Source: Nitrosopumilus sp. (GTDB lineage Archaea; Thermoproteota; Nitrososphaeria; Nitrososphaerales; Nitrosopumilaceae). Taken from it: DNA of 64,000 bases. The stretch covers positions 960,001-1,024,000 of the forward strand of contig OZ244650.1 of assembly GCA_965218785.1 (NCBI GenBank), read 5' to 3'. The notes under the pieces were generated by a model. It did not search any database, was not told where the DNA came from, and saw only the letters and a program-made list of their open reading frames with translations. Below are positions 31,001 to 40,268 of the stretch, in pieces; the first letter of the stretch is position 1, and the number at the start of each line of letters is the position of its first letter. The translations under genes were made by a program, and so were the position numbers.

Positions 31001-33046
31001 CCCGTCCTGACTGATACCGTATCTGGCATGGGCGCCGTCGGCGAATCCGACTCGCCGGCAATCACCGATTCTGTATCCGCTCAACTCTCCATTGGTGTTT
31101 CTGACTCCCCCGTCCTGACTGATACCGTATCTGGCATGGGCGCCGTCGGCGAATCCGACACTCTGGCAATCACCGATTCCGCACTCTTTGAACTCTCCAT
31201 TGCCCTCTCCGACTCCCCAGTCCTATCTGATACCGTATCTGGCATGGGCGCCGTCGCAGAATCCGACACTCCTGCAATCACCGATTCTGTATCCGCTCAA
31301 CTCTCCATTGCCCTCTCCGACTCTCCGGTCCTATCTGATGCGGTGTCTGGCGTGGGCACTCTAGGCGAATCTGATTCCCCAATAATCACCGATTCTGTAT
31401 CCGCTCAACTCTCCATTGCCCTCTCCGACTCCCCAGTCCTATCTGATACCGTATCTGGCATGGGCGCCGTCGCAGAATCCGACTCGCCGGCAATCACCGA
31501 TTCCGCACTCCTTGAATTCTCCCTCAACCCCACTGACTCCCCCACACTATCTGATACCGTAACTGGCATGGGCGCCGTCGCAGAATCCGACTCGCCGGCA
31601 ATCACCGATTCCGCATCCGTTCAACTCTCCCTCAACCCCACTGACTCCCCAGTCCTATCTGATTCAGTAACTGGCGTGGGCACTCTTGGCGAATCCGACA
31701 CTCCAACAATCGCCGATTCCGCATTCCTGAAATTCTCACTTACCCTCTCTGACTCCCCAGTCCTGACTGATACCGTAACTGGCATGGGCGCCGTCGCAGA
31801 ATCCGACTCTCCTGCAATCGCCGATTCCGCATCCGTTCAACTCTTCCTTGCCACATCTGACTCCCCCGTCCTGGCTGATACCGTAACTGGCATGGGCACC
31901 ATTGCAGGATCCGACACTCCTGCAATCACAGATTCCGCACTCCTTGAATTCTCCCTCGACCACACTGACTCTCCCGTCCTATCTGATACGGTAACTGGCA
32001 TGGGCGCCGTCGCAGAATCCGACTCTCCAGTAATCACTGATACTGCAATAGTTCAAAAGACCCTCAACCCCACCGACACCCTCATACTATCTGATACCGT
32101 AACTGGCATGGGCGCCATCAGCGTGTCTGACTCTCCGGTTCTATCTGATTCCGCATCGTTAGTCTTGCCAGTACCTCCAGATACAACTCCGCCAGAACCT
32201 CCATCCACACCGAGAACCACTGATCCATCAGAGCGCAGATCCGGCGGCGGTGGCGGCGGTGGTGGCAGCAGCGGCACCAGGGGAGGCGGCGGTCTAAACT
32301 ATGACGTATCCTTTAACTTTACATCAAACAATGTAGACGTACTGACAGACCTCACACAGGTAAGAATAGAACCAGACACGCTCCTTACAATAACGCCGCA
32401 TGTACTGCCAGTTAACGCACGCCAGAACATCCTAAAGATGGAGGTAATCATCACTGATAACTCGACACAGCAACATCCGGACGCCTTGATACAATATGAA
32501 TTATTTTCAAATACCATTACACGTGATGACTGCAGTGGCAACGAATACGAATCAGACCGTATTTACGTCTGTGATGCATCCTCGCTCTTATCTGAGAGAC
32601 AGACATCATACTCTGAATCCCGCGTACAAATCTCAAAGCATTTTGAGAGTCTGATGATATTCTTTGAAGAAGAGTTCTCAGGCAGCCTTAGCATATTATT
32701 ACATGACACCCGTGGAACGCTGCTCTCTTCGCACAATTACACTTCATATGAGATTATCGTAGAACCAGCTGGCGGTAAACCAGAGCCTGCATCCGAGGTG
32801 GACCCCGAACCCATACCCGTGGATCCAGAACCACAACCCATACCCGTGGACCCAGAACCACAAGCCATACCGGCAGACAATACGCCCGAACCCGCACCAA
32901 TACCGGCAGACACGGCACCACAACCAGTACCAATGGATCCAGAACCAACAGATGACCGTAACATCTTTGAGAAGGTTGTAGACTGGTTCCAGTCGCTGTT
33001 TGGGTTTCTAGTATCCCAGTACAAATCGATTCAAATTATACCGTGA
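25004..33046 (+). CDS. Giant surface protein, paralogue C: as B plus an extra SwmB/Ig-like and 6-NHL module and a longer stalk
   Basis: 2680 aa, 12+6 NHL repeats counted. N- and C-termini closely homologous to ORF 19255. Confidence 0.93.
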   Translation: MILTYKRQFSEIYNTNSGTSRLIIIMGILSTVLFGLGGIESSYSQTVGDNTAPGILHAETTSASTILLTFSEEITDVSDADFEVSGVTAGNDISGVTLSGDSIQVTLVNSIALEDIISISYLGNSVVDLAGNSLGSFEGIRVVNGIHVVFGNPAHTGNSLNEPSSIAVTSTNIIVVDSRNDRVHVFELNPDPNLKPTFRKTFGGSGSGDGAFLAPRDIAATAANIYVADTGNDRVQVFNLEGTLLNKFGQSGFANGNFNSPSSIAVTSTNIFVVDSGNDRVQVFDLQGNFARTFGESGIGDGHFNSPSGITIDSTRILVADSGNDRVQIFDLDGTFLSKFGGFGSGMGVYSYPQSIAVTSTQILVTDIENHRINTFNLDGSDSNAFGGLGSEGGAFSSPRDIVATSTNFYVADTGNDRIQIFNLSRNFVNEFGESSSADGTLSFPYGITVNSTRILVADAGNDRIQTFDLNGTFLSKFGGSGDEEGTFSDPQGITVNSTNIIVVDSRNHRVQIFDLDGTFLDEFGEFGTGEDDIEEDDLFFPLGIAVNSTNIIVADLGNRRIKVHDLDGTFVSEFGSKGSGNGQFLSPRDIAVNSTHILVADSRNSRIQVFDLDGTFVSTFSGLNDEGNSLLIPSGIAVTSTHILVVDSVNGNIQIFDLNGNLLNEFGEFITPPFESPVGITVNSDNVFVTDGIDNTVRIFDLSTILPAPAVLSVSAPVGEYGWGDTVPITMVFNLPVVVTGVPELELNNSKVAVFDQVLPGGKMIFKYTVARADFTENLNYVDKDSLILQGGTIVSSYDETPANKALPALSTLDTDVLTNGSTFFLRDILTVSDSALSASTFDIADAPVLSDSASSIRILDISDAPVLSDSASSANIFDIADAPVLSDSASSANILDISDAPILSDSASSANILDISDAPVLSEMTKIDARPEFVSAIVSDPETIRITISEPVRGNPLPEEFTVFDNIVSNTVISTVTKVVLSGNIITLTVDTPIASGDPVTVSYPVNSITDSITDVTGNVLRFTNAVANDAVTITAVWNDPDNADEVLSVGDTLTITVSEDTDRPGGTGIQDKLLIDAVFTFENPIGADYTGIWVDVRTFVITITNATDATAIVGEDVSPFTGIRFLRDLGTTDDVSFLRPQGVAANSTGFIYVADTGNDIVRIFDPSGQYVGNLAPGPDGFDNPRGLATNSTDFIFVIDGSPGSNVQIFDPSGQHVGNLENPNAQDGGRPFSNPGDVEVSPDGFIFVTDSSSGSVQKFDPSGNFIKALSLPSDPGFNFPRGIAVNSTGAIYVSGIEINGPTRNNVVRIFDSDGIHHGDLVFRGSERFGALNGIAVNSTDSIFVSDREVIRVFGPDGVYSELFSPLGGVLLQRPAHLSIFGDDQFVIADTDEHLVQIYGRTIIRDDERTRVLFSVSVKTSGDFGIEPPKFNEINSPEITDSATLAVRFAVSDSVDFTDTVTGMGSVADSDSPVIADSVSVRLSVAISDSPVLTDAVTGMGAVAESDTLTITDSASVKLSVAISDSPVLTDTVTGMGTVAESDSPVITDSASLKFSLNPSDSPVLIDTVTGMGTVAESDSPAIADSVSMKFYITSFDTPAVSDQHDIQIMNNNAQEDSPAIADSASVKLSIGLSDSPVLADTVTGMGTVAESDSPVMADSVSVQISVAISDSPVLADTVTGMGTVAESDSPVITDSASLKFFLNPSDSPALADTVTGMGTVGESDSPVITDSALFEFSLVLSDSPTLADTVTGMGTVAESDSPVITDSASVKLSIGVSDSPVLADTVTGMGTVAESDSPVITDSASLKFFITSFDAPAVSDQHDIHITNVVTHEDSPALSDFVFLKRSLNPTDSPVLSDGVSGMGTLSESDTPAITDSVSAQLSIGVSDSPVLTDTVTGMGTVAESDSPALSDSAVLQHSIGLSDSPVLSDTVTGMGAVGESDSPAITDSALFELSIAFSDSPALSDTVSGMGVVGESDSPAITDSVSAQLSIALSDSPVLTDTVSGMGAVGESDSPAITDSVSAQLSIGVSDSPVLTDTVSGMGAVGESDTLAITDSALFELSIALSDSPVLSDTVSGMGAVAESDTPAITDSVSAQLSIALSDSPVLSDAVSGVGTLGESDSPIITDSVSAQLSIALSDSPVLSDTVSGMGAVAESDSPAITDSALLEFSLNPTDSPTLSDTVTGMGAVAESDSPAITDSASVQLSLNPTDSPVLSDSVTGVGTLGESDTPTIADSAFLKFSLTLSDSPVLTDTVTGMGAVAESDSPAIADSASVQLFLATSDSPVLADTVTGMGTIAGSDTPAITDSALLEFSLDHTDSPVLSDTVTGMGAVAESDSPVITDTAIVQKTLNPTDTLILSDTVTGMGAISVSDSPVLSDSASLVLPVPPDTTPPEPPSTPRTTDPSERRSGGGGGGGGSSGTRGGGGLNYDVSFNFTSNNVDVLTDLTQVRIEPDTLLTITPHVLPVNARQNILKMEVIITDNSTQQHPDALIQYELFSNTITRDDCSGNEYESDRIYVCDASSLLSERQTSYSESRVQISKHFESLMIFFEEEFSGSLSILLHDTRGTLLSSHNYTSYEIIVEPAGGKPEPASEVDPEPIPVDPEPQPIPVDPEPQAIPADNTPEPAPIPADTAPQPVPMDPEPTDDRNIFEKVVDWFQSLFGFLVSQYKSIQIIP
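29314..32165 (+). repeat. Coding 54/108-bp SDSP stalk repeats of paralogue C (a further five 54-bp SDSASSANILDISDAPVL units lie at about 27500-27775)
   Basis: Recurrent GATACCGTAACTGGCATGGGC and GAATCCGACTC with 108-bp period. Confidence 0.93.
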
Positions 33047-33233
33047 TCAACACAGAAGAACATTTTGCATGTCTTTTGCAGTTCTCACGCATCCTTTCTT
33101 GAATGCTCCGTTGATCCGTCTAGCATCCCCACCCATCCCCCTCTGATCAAGGCAGATCAATCCGTACATCAATAGGTTAAAACATAATGCAGAAAAGCAA
33201 GGTATATGGATGGATCAACCCCAGGTGTGCTAA

Positions 33234-33500
33234 ATGGTTACAGAAGAACAGATTAAACGTGTCTCAAAATTAATGCGAATCAAAGTCGATGATCACAGGG
33301 AATACGTGGATAAGGTAAACGCAATGATTGGCTATTTTGATATTCTGGACTCTGCCGGAGTCCAAGACGAGGAGATCAACGTGCGGGAGATCCCAGTCTC
33401 GAATCTACGCAAAGACTGCCATGTCCCATTTGATGGAAAACTAATTGAAAAACTAAAGCAGTACAGGGGATCCTACATTCGAGCGCCAAAGATGTCCTGA
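33234..33500 (+). CDS. gatC: Asp-tRNA(Asn)/Glu-tRNA(Gln) amidotransferase subunit C
   Basis: 88 aa, ends YIRAPKM, overlaps the gatA start. Confidence 0.88.
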   Translation: MVTEEQIKRVSKLMRIKVDDHREYVDKVNAMIGYFDILDSAGVQDEEINVREIPVSNLRKDCHVPFDGKLIEKLKQYRGSYIRAPKMS

Positions 33501-34948
33501 TGAACCTCAAAATATCCGCGCTTGACTATGTGCAGCAAGTGCAAAATGGTGATATCTCCGCCGAGGATTTCGTATCTGCCAGTATTGAGCGAATCCGCAG
33601 TGTTGATGAAAAACTTTATGCGTTTTTATCTGTAAATGATAATGCCGTCAGCCAGGCAAGGGAGATTGACAGAAAGATACGGTCCGGCGCCCGCGTCGGC
33701 TCCTGTTATGGGATGCCAATCTCAGTCAAAGACAACATGTGCATCAAGGGCGGCAAAACAACGTGCGCATCAAAAATGCTCAAAGATTTTGTAGCACCGT
33801 ATGATGCGACTGTAATATCAAGACTAAAGGCACAGGACGCGGTTTTCATCGGCAAGGCAAACATGGACGAGTTTGCCATGGGACTGACAACGGAGTTCAG
33901 CGCGTTTGGTACCAGCAAAAATCCCTGGAACCCAGATTACGTTCCTGGCGGCTCTTCTGGCGGCAGTGCCGTCTCTGTTAGTACGTTTGAGTGTATCGCA
34001 TCGCTTGGTTCTGATACGGGGGGCTCTGTTAGAAATCCCGCAAGCTTTTGCTCCGTGGTCGGCTACAAGCCGACTTACGGATTAATCAGCAGATACGGCC
34101 TGATTTCATATGCAAACAGCATTGAACAGATAGGTCCGCTGACCCGGACTGTAAAAGACGCCGCCTTTATGCTAAATATTATTGCAGGGGAGGATCCCAA
34201 TGACAATACGACAGTACACAACGGCGGTGAGGACTATCTTGCAGGCATTGATTCTGGCATAGAGGGCAAGAAGATAGGAGTTATCAAGGAGATGGTGGCC
34301 CCCGGCACGGATCCCGAGGTGCTCTCTGCAGTCAGCGATGCCGTCTCCAAGCTGGAAGGCCTTGGCGCGACATGCGAGGAGGTCTCCCTGGATATGGTGA
34401 GGTACTCTGTGGCGGCATACTATACCATAACTGCCACCGAGGCTGGAAGCAACCTTGCCAGATACGACAACCTCAGATACGGCTATGAATTTCCAGTAGA
34501 GGGATACGAGTTTAACTCTTACATTGAACATGCAAGAAGGAACTTTGGTCCCGAGGTTATCCGCAGGATGATCATCGGTGGGTTTGTCCCGTCTGCAGGA
34601 CAGGCCGGAAAATATTTTTTAAAGGCACTCAAGGTAAAAAGCAGGCTCACAAGGCAGATCAACGAGGCGTTTGAAAAGTTTGATCTTTTGATTGGACCGA
34701 CAGTCCCGATATTACCGTTTAAGATAGGCGAAAAAATCGATGATCCAGTGTCTTTGTTCCTAGTTGATATTAACACGGTAACTGCCAATCTTACGGGAAA
34801 GCCTGCAATCTCTATTCCGTATGCCCTCTCAGAGAAACGGCTGCCGATAGGAATCCAGCTGATGGCAGGAAGCATGCAGGATAAGCTGCTGCTTCAGGCA
34901 GCATGCGCGCTAGAGGGCACCGTGAGACTGCCGGAGGTTCCGATATGA
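33500..34948 (+). CDS. gatA: Amidotransferase subunit A
   Basis: Amidase signature PGGSSGGSA and GSDTGGSVR. Confidence 0.97.
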   Translation: MNLKISALDYVQQVQNGDISAEDFVSASIERIRSVDEKLYAFLSVNDNAVSQAREIDRKIRSGARVGSCYGMPISVKDNMCIKGGKTTCASKMLKDFVAPYDATVISRLKAQDAVFIGKANMDEFAMGLTTEFSAFGTSKNPWNPDYVPGGSSGGSAVSVSTFECIASLGSDTGGSVRNPASFCSVVGYKPTYGLISRYGLISYANSIEQIGPLTRTVKDAAFMLNIIAGEDPNDNTTVHNGGEDYLAGIDSGIEGKKIGVIKEMVAPGTDPEVLSAVSDAVSKLEGLGATCEEVSLDMVRYSVAAYYTITATEAGSNLARYDNLRYGYEFPVEGYEFNSYIEHARRNFGPEVIRRMIIGGFVPSAGQAGKYFLKALKVKSRLTRQINEAFEKFDLLIGPTVPILPFKIGEKIDDPVSLFLVDINTVTANLTGKPAISIPYALSEKRLPIGIQLMAGSMQDKLLLQAACALEGTVRLPEVPI

Positions 34949-36354
34949 CCAAGATAGGACTCGAGATCCACTGCCAGCTGACCAGTCTTCAAAGCAAGCT
35001 GTTTTGTTCATGCAAGGCAGACTATCGGGGTCTTCAAATCAATGAAAACATCTGTCCCGTATGTATGGGACTGCCAGGAAGCCTGCCCCGGTTAAACCAA
35101 GAGGCCGTAAAAAAGGCAACCATGATTGCCATGGCCCTCAACTGTACCACCCCGGACAAGATTGCGTTTTTTAGAAAGAACTACTTTTATCCTGATCTTC
35201 CAAAAAACTTTCAAATCACCCAGCTTAACATCTACGGGGATACCAGTGTAGGGGGTCCTGGCTCCATACTGATTGGAGATAAAAAAATCAACATCACCCG
35301 AATCCAGCTTGAAGAGGATCCCGGACGGCTCATTTATGAGGGAACCTCCGCCAAAAACCAGATCACCCTGGTCGATTACAACCGTGCAGGCACGCCGCTA
35401 GTTGAGATTGTCACCGAACCGGATTTTGAGAATCCAAAACAGGTAAGGGAGTTTCTAAACATCCTATCTGATCTGCTTGAGAATCTTGCCGTCGCTGATC
35501 CAAGTCTGGAGGGGGCGATGAGGGCAGATGCCAACGTTTCAATCCCCGGTGGAAGCAAAGTCGAGATTAAAAACATCGGCTCGTTTCATGATCTGGAAAA
35601 GGCGGTGCACTTTGAGATTACCCGGCAGTCCAGCCTGCATTCCCGGGATATTGAAATCGCACAGGAGACGCGTCACTGGGATGATAAAAGAAAGATCACC
35701 ATTCCATCCCGCTCAAAGGAGGAGGCACCTGACTACAGGTATTTTCTAGAGGGGGACATTCCATGGGTGATAATTGATTCAGAGACGCAAAAGACGCTGA
35801 GATCAAAGATGCCTGAAAGCATCAGCTCAAAAAAGGAGAGGTATGTCTCAGAATACGGCATTCCAAACCAGGTGGCAGACGTGTTATCCTCTGACAAGTT
35901 TTATTCTGATCTGTTTGATAAATCCCGCACAGGGACAAACGCAAGGGAGATTGCAAACATCATAACAACTGACCTGATGGGGCTGGCAGACACCCGGGAA
36001 AAAAGGGAGGCATCAAAAATCACGCCGGTGCACCTGCGTGATCTGGCCGATTTCGTTGAATCCGGAAAGCTCTCTAAAAGTTCGGCTAAAAACGCATTGC
36101 ATGAGATTGTAAAGACCGGCAAGAGCCTGTCGCAGGTGGTATCTGATCTGGACCTGGGGAATGTCTCTGATGAATCAGAACTGCGCGACACGATTCTGGC
36201 AGTAATCTCAGAGGAGGCACAGGCAGTAAAACAGGCAAAATCAAATCCAAACACGATGAATTACTTGGTGGGCAAAGTCATGCAAAAAACAAAGGGGAGG
36301 GCGGATCCCGCACTGACGTTGCAACTCTTGAAAAAAGAGATGAAAGCCACATGA
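34945..36354 (+). CDS. gatB: Amidotransferase subunit B
   Basis: MTKIGLEIHCQL, RKNYFYPDLPK, DYNRAGTPLVEIVTEP. ATG at 34945 overlaps the gatA stop (ATGA). Confidence 0.97.
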   Translation: MTKIGLEIHCQLTSLQSKLFCSCKADYRGLQINENICPVCMGLPGSLPRLNQEAVKKATMIAMALNCTTPDKIAFFRKNYFYPDLPKNFQITQLNIYGDTSVGGPGSILIGDKKINITRIQLEEDPGRLIYEGTSAKNQITLVDYNRAGTPLVEIVTEPDFENPKQVREFLNILSDLLENLAVADPSLEGAMRADANVSIPGGSKVEIKNIGSFHDLEKAVHFEITRQSSLHSRDIEIAQETRHWDDKRKITIPSRSKEEAPDYRYFLEGDIPWVIIDSETQKTLRSKMPESISSKKERYVSEYGIPNQVADVLSSDKFYSDLFDKSRTGTNAREIANIITTDLMGLADTREKREASKITPVHLRDLADFVESGKLSKSSAKNALHEIVKTGKSLSQVVSDLDLGNVSDESELRDTILAVISEEAQAVKQAKSNPNTMNYLVGKVMQKTKGRADPALTLQLLKKEMKAT

Positions 36355-36614
36355 CGGGGCTCTCACCTGGGGAGATACAATCCATTAAAGCACTGGCAGC
36401 CTGTGATGCCGCATCACTTCAGACCGGGATAGACGGGACGGCAAAAAAGTTACTAGATGCGCAGATGGTGGCGATCCTGCGCGGGTACCATCGTGAGAAT
36501 ACCATGAATCTTCAGGGTGACTGGACTGCCCGGTTTGAAAAGGCGGGAATAACCCAGGATGATGGCAAGGCGGCAATTGCGTGTGCGCGGCGCCTTGGGA
36601 CTGATATCTCATAG
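36351..36614 (+). CDS. Hypothetical protein translationally coupled to gatB
   Basis: ATGA overlap with the gatB stop, 87 aa. Confidence 0.7.
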   Translation: MTGLSPGEIQSIKALAACDAASLQTGIDGTAKKLLDAQMVAILRGYHRENTMNLQGDWTARFEKAGITQDDGKAAIACARRLGTDIS

Positions 36615-36655
36615 GAAAAATCTTTTTACGTTGACTGACCTTTAGAAATCAAGTC

Positions 36656-38581
36656 TTGTCTGATTTTGAGTTTATTCCGACCAGAAAACAGATCGAGGAA
36701 TCAAACATCCGCCGGTTTATGGACCGACATGACATACCATCAATTAGGGAGTTATCCAAAAGGGCAAAAGATGATCCAGAGTGGTTCTGGGAATCAGTCC
36801 AGAGGGACGTTGGAATCCACTGGGATGCCCCGTACTCCAGAATACTTGACGTATCTGGTGGAATCGCATGGTCCAAATGGTTTGTAGGTGGAAAAACCAA
36901 CATCTACAAGTCATCAGTTGAAAAATTTGCAGTTTCCCACCCGCAAAAGACCGCATACCACTTTGTATCTGAGGACGGGGGCACATCCAAACTGTCTTAC
37001 TCCGAGCTGGATATCCGGGTATCGCGCCTTGCAAACGCCTTGAAATCCCTTGGCGTAAAAAAGGGCGATGTAGTTGCAATCTACCTGCCGATGATTCAGG
37101 AGGCGATACTGGCAATACTTGCGGCAGCGAAGATTGGCGCGATTCAAACCGTGATATTTTCCGGATACAGCTCAGAATCACTGCATATTCGACTGCAGGA
37201 CTGCAAGGCAAAGATTCTGCTTGTTACAGACGGGTACTACCGCAGGGGAAAAGAGATATCCCAGAAAACGACCGTCATGACGGCAATAAAAGGTACGGCA
37301 GTAGATAGTGTAATAGTCATTCCATACAAAAAAATCGACTGTTATGAAAAATCCGATACGATCATATTTTACGACGAGCTGGTTTTATCACAGACTAATC
37401 GATGTGATACCGAAATCATGGATTCAGAGGATCCGCTTTTTATCCTGTATACATCTGGGACTACGGGGAATCCAAAGGGCGTCATACATACCCATGGGGG
37501 GTTTTCAGTTTTTGCAGGCCATCAGGCCGCATACCTGATAGACATGCACAAAGACGACGTGTTGCTCTGGCCTGCAGATATCGGCTGGATTACGGGACTG
37601 GTCTGGAACGTCTACGGACTTTTGATCCGTGGTGCCGGTGCGGTGATTTACGACGGTGCGCTGGATTTTCCAGATGCTGACAGGCTGTGGCAGATGCTCT
37701 CTGATTATCAGGCAACGATTTTTGGAATTTCACCCACCATGGTAAGAGTCTTTAAAAAAGACAATGCAGAACCGCTGAAAAAATATTCGCTTGAGTGCAT
37801 CAAAAACATTCCAACTACAGGCGAGCCGCTTGATGAGGATTCGTGGCGGTGGCTCTTTGACAAAGTCGGCAACAGGAGGATTCCCATAATGAACCTGTCA
37901 GGTGGCACCGAGATAGGCGGCGCGATGCTCTCGGTGTTTCCCGGAATGAGATTAAAACCATCCACCGTTGGAATCCCGGTACCTGGAATGAATCTGGATG
38001 TAGTTGATGATGATGGGAATTCCATCCGAGGGGAGAACGGTTATCTGGTAATAAAGTCACCGTGGCCTGCAATGACTAGAGGCCTGTTAAATGACAGCCC
38101 CCGGTATCTTGAGACCTACTGGTCGAGATTTGATGGCGTCTGGTTTCATGGGGATTACGTGTATGTGGATGAGGATGATCTCTGGTATATGAGGGGAAGA
38201 ACAGACGATGTAATTAACGTCTCAGGCCACAGGTTGAGCACCGCCGAGATCGAACATGCCGTGATCTCACACGAGAGGATATCTGATGCGGCATCTGTTG
38301 CCATTCCGGATGATATCACCGGGGAGGCAATAGTCGTGTTTTTTGTCACGCATGACCAAAATCATGCCAGTCTGGCATCGCAGATCCCGGATTTTGTCTC
38401 CGAAAAGATTGGCAAAATCGCAAGACCAAAATTCGTCTTTCAGATATCTGATCTGCCAAAGACGAGAACAGGAAAGATCATGCGCCGGCTGTTAAAATCC
38501 CGGCTGCTCAGTCAGAGTCTCGGGGATGTCTCATCTCTGGATAATCCGCAGATTCTAGATGAAATCCCTGAATTGGGTTAA
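36656..38581 (+). CDS. AMP-forming acyl-CoA synthetase (acetyl-CoA synthetase-like)
   Basis: FILYTSGTTGNPKG, GRTDDVINVSGHR, LPKTRTGKIMRR. Substrate not determinable from sequence. Confidence 0.92.
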   Translation: MSDFEFIPTRKQIEESNIRRFMDRHDIPSIRELSKRAKDDPEWFWESVQRDVGIHWDAPYSRILDVSGGIAWSKWFVGGKTNIYKSSVEKFAVSHPQKTAYHFVSEDGGTSKLSYSELDIRVSRLANALKSLGVKKGDVVAIYLPMIQEAILAILAAAKIGAIQTVIFSGYSSESLHIRLQDCKAKILLVTDGYYRRGKEISQKTTVMTAIKGTAVDSVIVIPYKKIDCYEKSDTIIFYDELVLSQTNRCDTEIMDSEDPLFILYTSGTTGNPKGVIHTHGGFSVFAGHQAAYLIDMHKDDVLLWPADIGWITGLVWNVYGLLIRGAGAVIYDGALDFPDADRLWQMLSDYQATIFGISPTMVRVFKKDNAEPLKKYSLECIKNIPTTGEPLDEDSWRWLFDKVGNRRIPIMNLSGGTEIGGAMLSVFPGMRLKPSTVGIPVPGMNLDVVDDDGNSIRGENGYLVIKSPWPAMTRGLLNDSPRYLETYWSRFDGVWFHGDYVYVDEDDLWYMRGRTDDVINVSGHRLSTAEIEHAVISHERISDAASVAIPDDITGEAIVVFFVTHDQNHASLASQIPDFVSEKIGKIARPKFVFQISDLPKTRTGKIMRRLLKSRLLSQSLGDVSSLDNPQILDEIPELG

Positions 38582-38649
38582 GAATATCTAACTTGTTGAT
38601 GCCTACTATTTCACGCCTTGTTCTAAATTTTGTTATGCTGATAGGCATC

Positions 38650-40083
38650 ATGAGGTTTGTAGTAGACCAGCAGGTACAGGATATAGAGATGCCTGAGAAT
38701 CTGAAATTAAACACGTTCCTGCAGGAATTTCACTCAGAGTGCAGCCATCCGGCATGCGGATTTGGCTTTTACGGGTTTGCATTTGGCCAGTCGCCGTTTC
38801 CGGTACCCAAACTGGTTCAGGATGCCCTGGTTAGAAATGCAGACAAGGGCGCGTATGCCGCGGTTCCTGGAATTCCGGAACTGCGCCATGCCATCTCCGG
38901 ATATAACAGGCATTACTTTGGAATGGATGTCGCACCAGAGCGCATCTACGTCGGCCCCGGAACAAAGGAGCTGATCTTCAACCTGCTGGAGGTTTTACAC
39001 GGTACGGTAATTCTGCCCACCCCTGCGTGGCTGGGATATCTTCCACAGATAAGATTCCTAAAGAAGAACTTCCACATGCTGCCATCTGGTACGAACAAAA
39101 AGATATCCCCCGATGATTTGAGACGGCTGGCATTAAGGCTGCATGACAGGCAAAAGATTCTAATTTTAAACAATCCTAACAATCCAACCGGCCTGTTATA
39201 TGACAAATCCGAACTCGAGGCGATTGCAGACGTCTGCAGGGAGCAAAATATCACCGTAATCTCTGATGAAATTTATGCCCAGACAACATATGATTTTTCA
39301 AAATTTACCAGCATGGGGAAGATCTATCCTGAAGGAACGTTTGTTACAAACGGCCTCTCAAAGTCACATGCTGCCGGCGGCTACCGGCTGGGTTATGTGA
39401 TCTTCCCGCAGCATGCCGTGGATCTCAAGGGACAGTTTAAAAAAATACTTGCAACTGAATACACCGCCGTATCCACCCCCATTCAACACGCGGCAGTTGC
39501 GGGATTTGAAGTCAGCAGGGAGATGGACGAGTATTTTACCATAACGCGGAGTATTCATCAAATGATGGGCGAGTACACCCTTCATGCGTTATCTGCAATC
39601 GAGGGTGTAAAAACAACAAAGCCTGACGCCACATTTTACCTTCTTGCGGATTTTAACGCGTTTGCAGATGACTTGCAAAATGCCAGAATAAGCACATCCC
39701 AAAAACTATCAGAGTCGCTGATTGTTCATCCGTATCACACCGCGATTGTAGGTGGTGACAGCCTCGTATTGGAGCGGACTGATTTTAGCGCAAGGATTGC
39801 ATATGTTGATTATGACGGATCCGCAGTCTATCAAAAATACCTTGATGATAAACCCAAATCAGGTTCAGAACGGCTGGAATTTGTAAAAAACAATGCCCCC
39901 AAAGTTGTTGCAGGAATTAAAATGATTGACAGGTTCTTCAATGATCTTAGAAAAAACACACTGGATGCACAACACTCTTCCCATCCTCAAAGTCTGTCAG
40001 ATGCCTCACAGGATGCAGGCAGGCTGCTAGTCTCAAATGCCGCCCGGATTCCCCCTTTGACGCAGACAGATCACAGATATTGA
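38650..40083 (+). CDS. Class I/II PLP-dependent aminotransferase
   Basis: NNPNNPTG, SDEIY, GLSKSHAAGGYRLG. ATG at 38650 preferred. Confidence 0.92.
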   Translation: MRFVVDQQVQDIEMPENLKLNTFLQEFHSECSHPACGFGFYGFAFGQSPFPVPKLVQDALVRNADKGAYAAVPGIPELRHAISGYNRHYFGMDVAPERIYVGPGTKELIFNLLEVLHGTVILPTPAWLGYLPQIRFLKKNFHMLPSGTNKKISPDDLRRLALRLHDRQKILILNNPNNPTGLLYDKSELEAIADVCREQNITVISDEIYAQTTYDFSKFTSMGKIYPEGTFVTNGLSKSHAAGGYRLGYVIFPQHAVDLKGQFKKILATEYTAVSTPIQHAAVAGFEVSREMDEYFTITRSIHQMMGEYTLHALSAIEGVKTTKPDATFYLLADFNAFADDLQNARISTSQKLSESLIVHPYHTAIVGGDSLVLERTDFSARIAYVDYDGSAVYQKYLDDKPKSGSERLEFVKNNAPKVVAGIKMIDRFFNDLRKNTLDAQHSSHPQSLSDASQDAGRLLVSNAARIPPLTQTDHRY

Positions 40084-40268
40084 CGCCTTTTGGTTTTGTA
40101 ATTATGTCGTGCTTGGGAACATGAAACTTTTCTCTGAGATACTGCCCGATATGACGAGTCATGAATTACTAGGTGGTGGGCAGGCATCCAAACCCTGCAT
40201 TAGATGTCGATTAATTACTGTGGTGAAACAAATTCACAGACTGGTAGGTTGCTAAACATATTTCTTTT

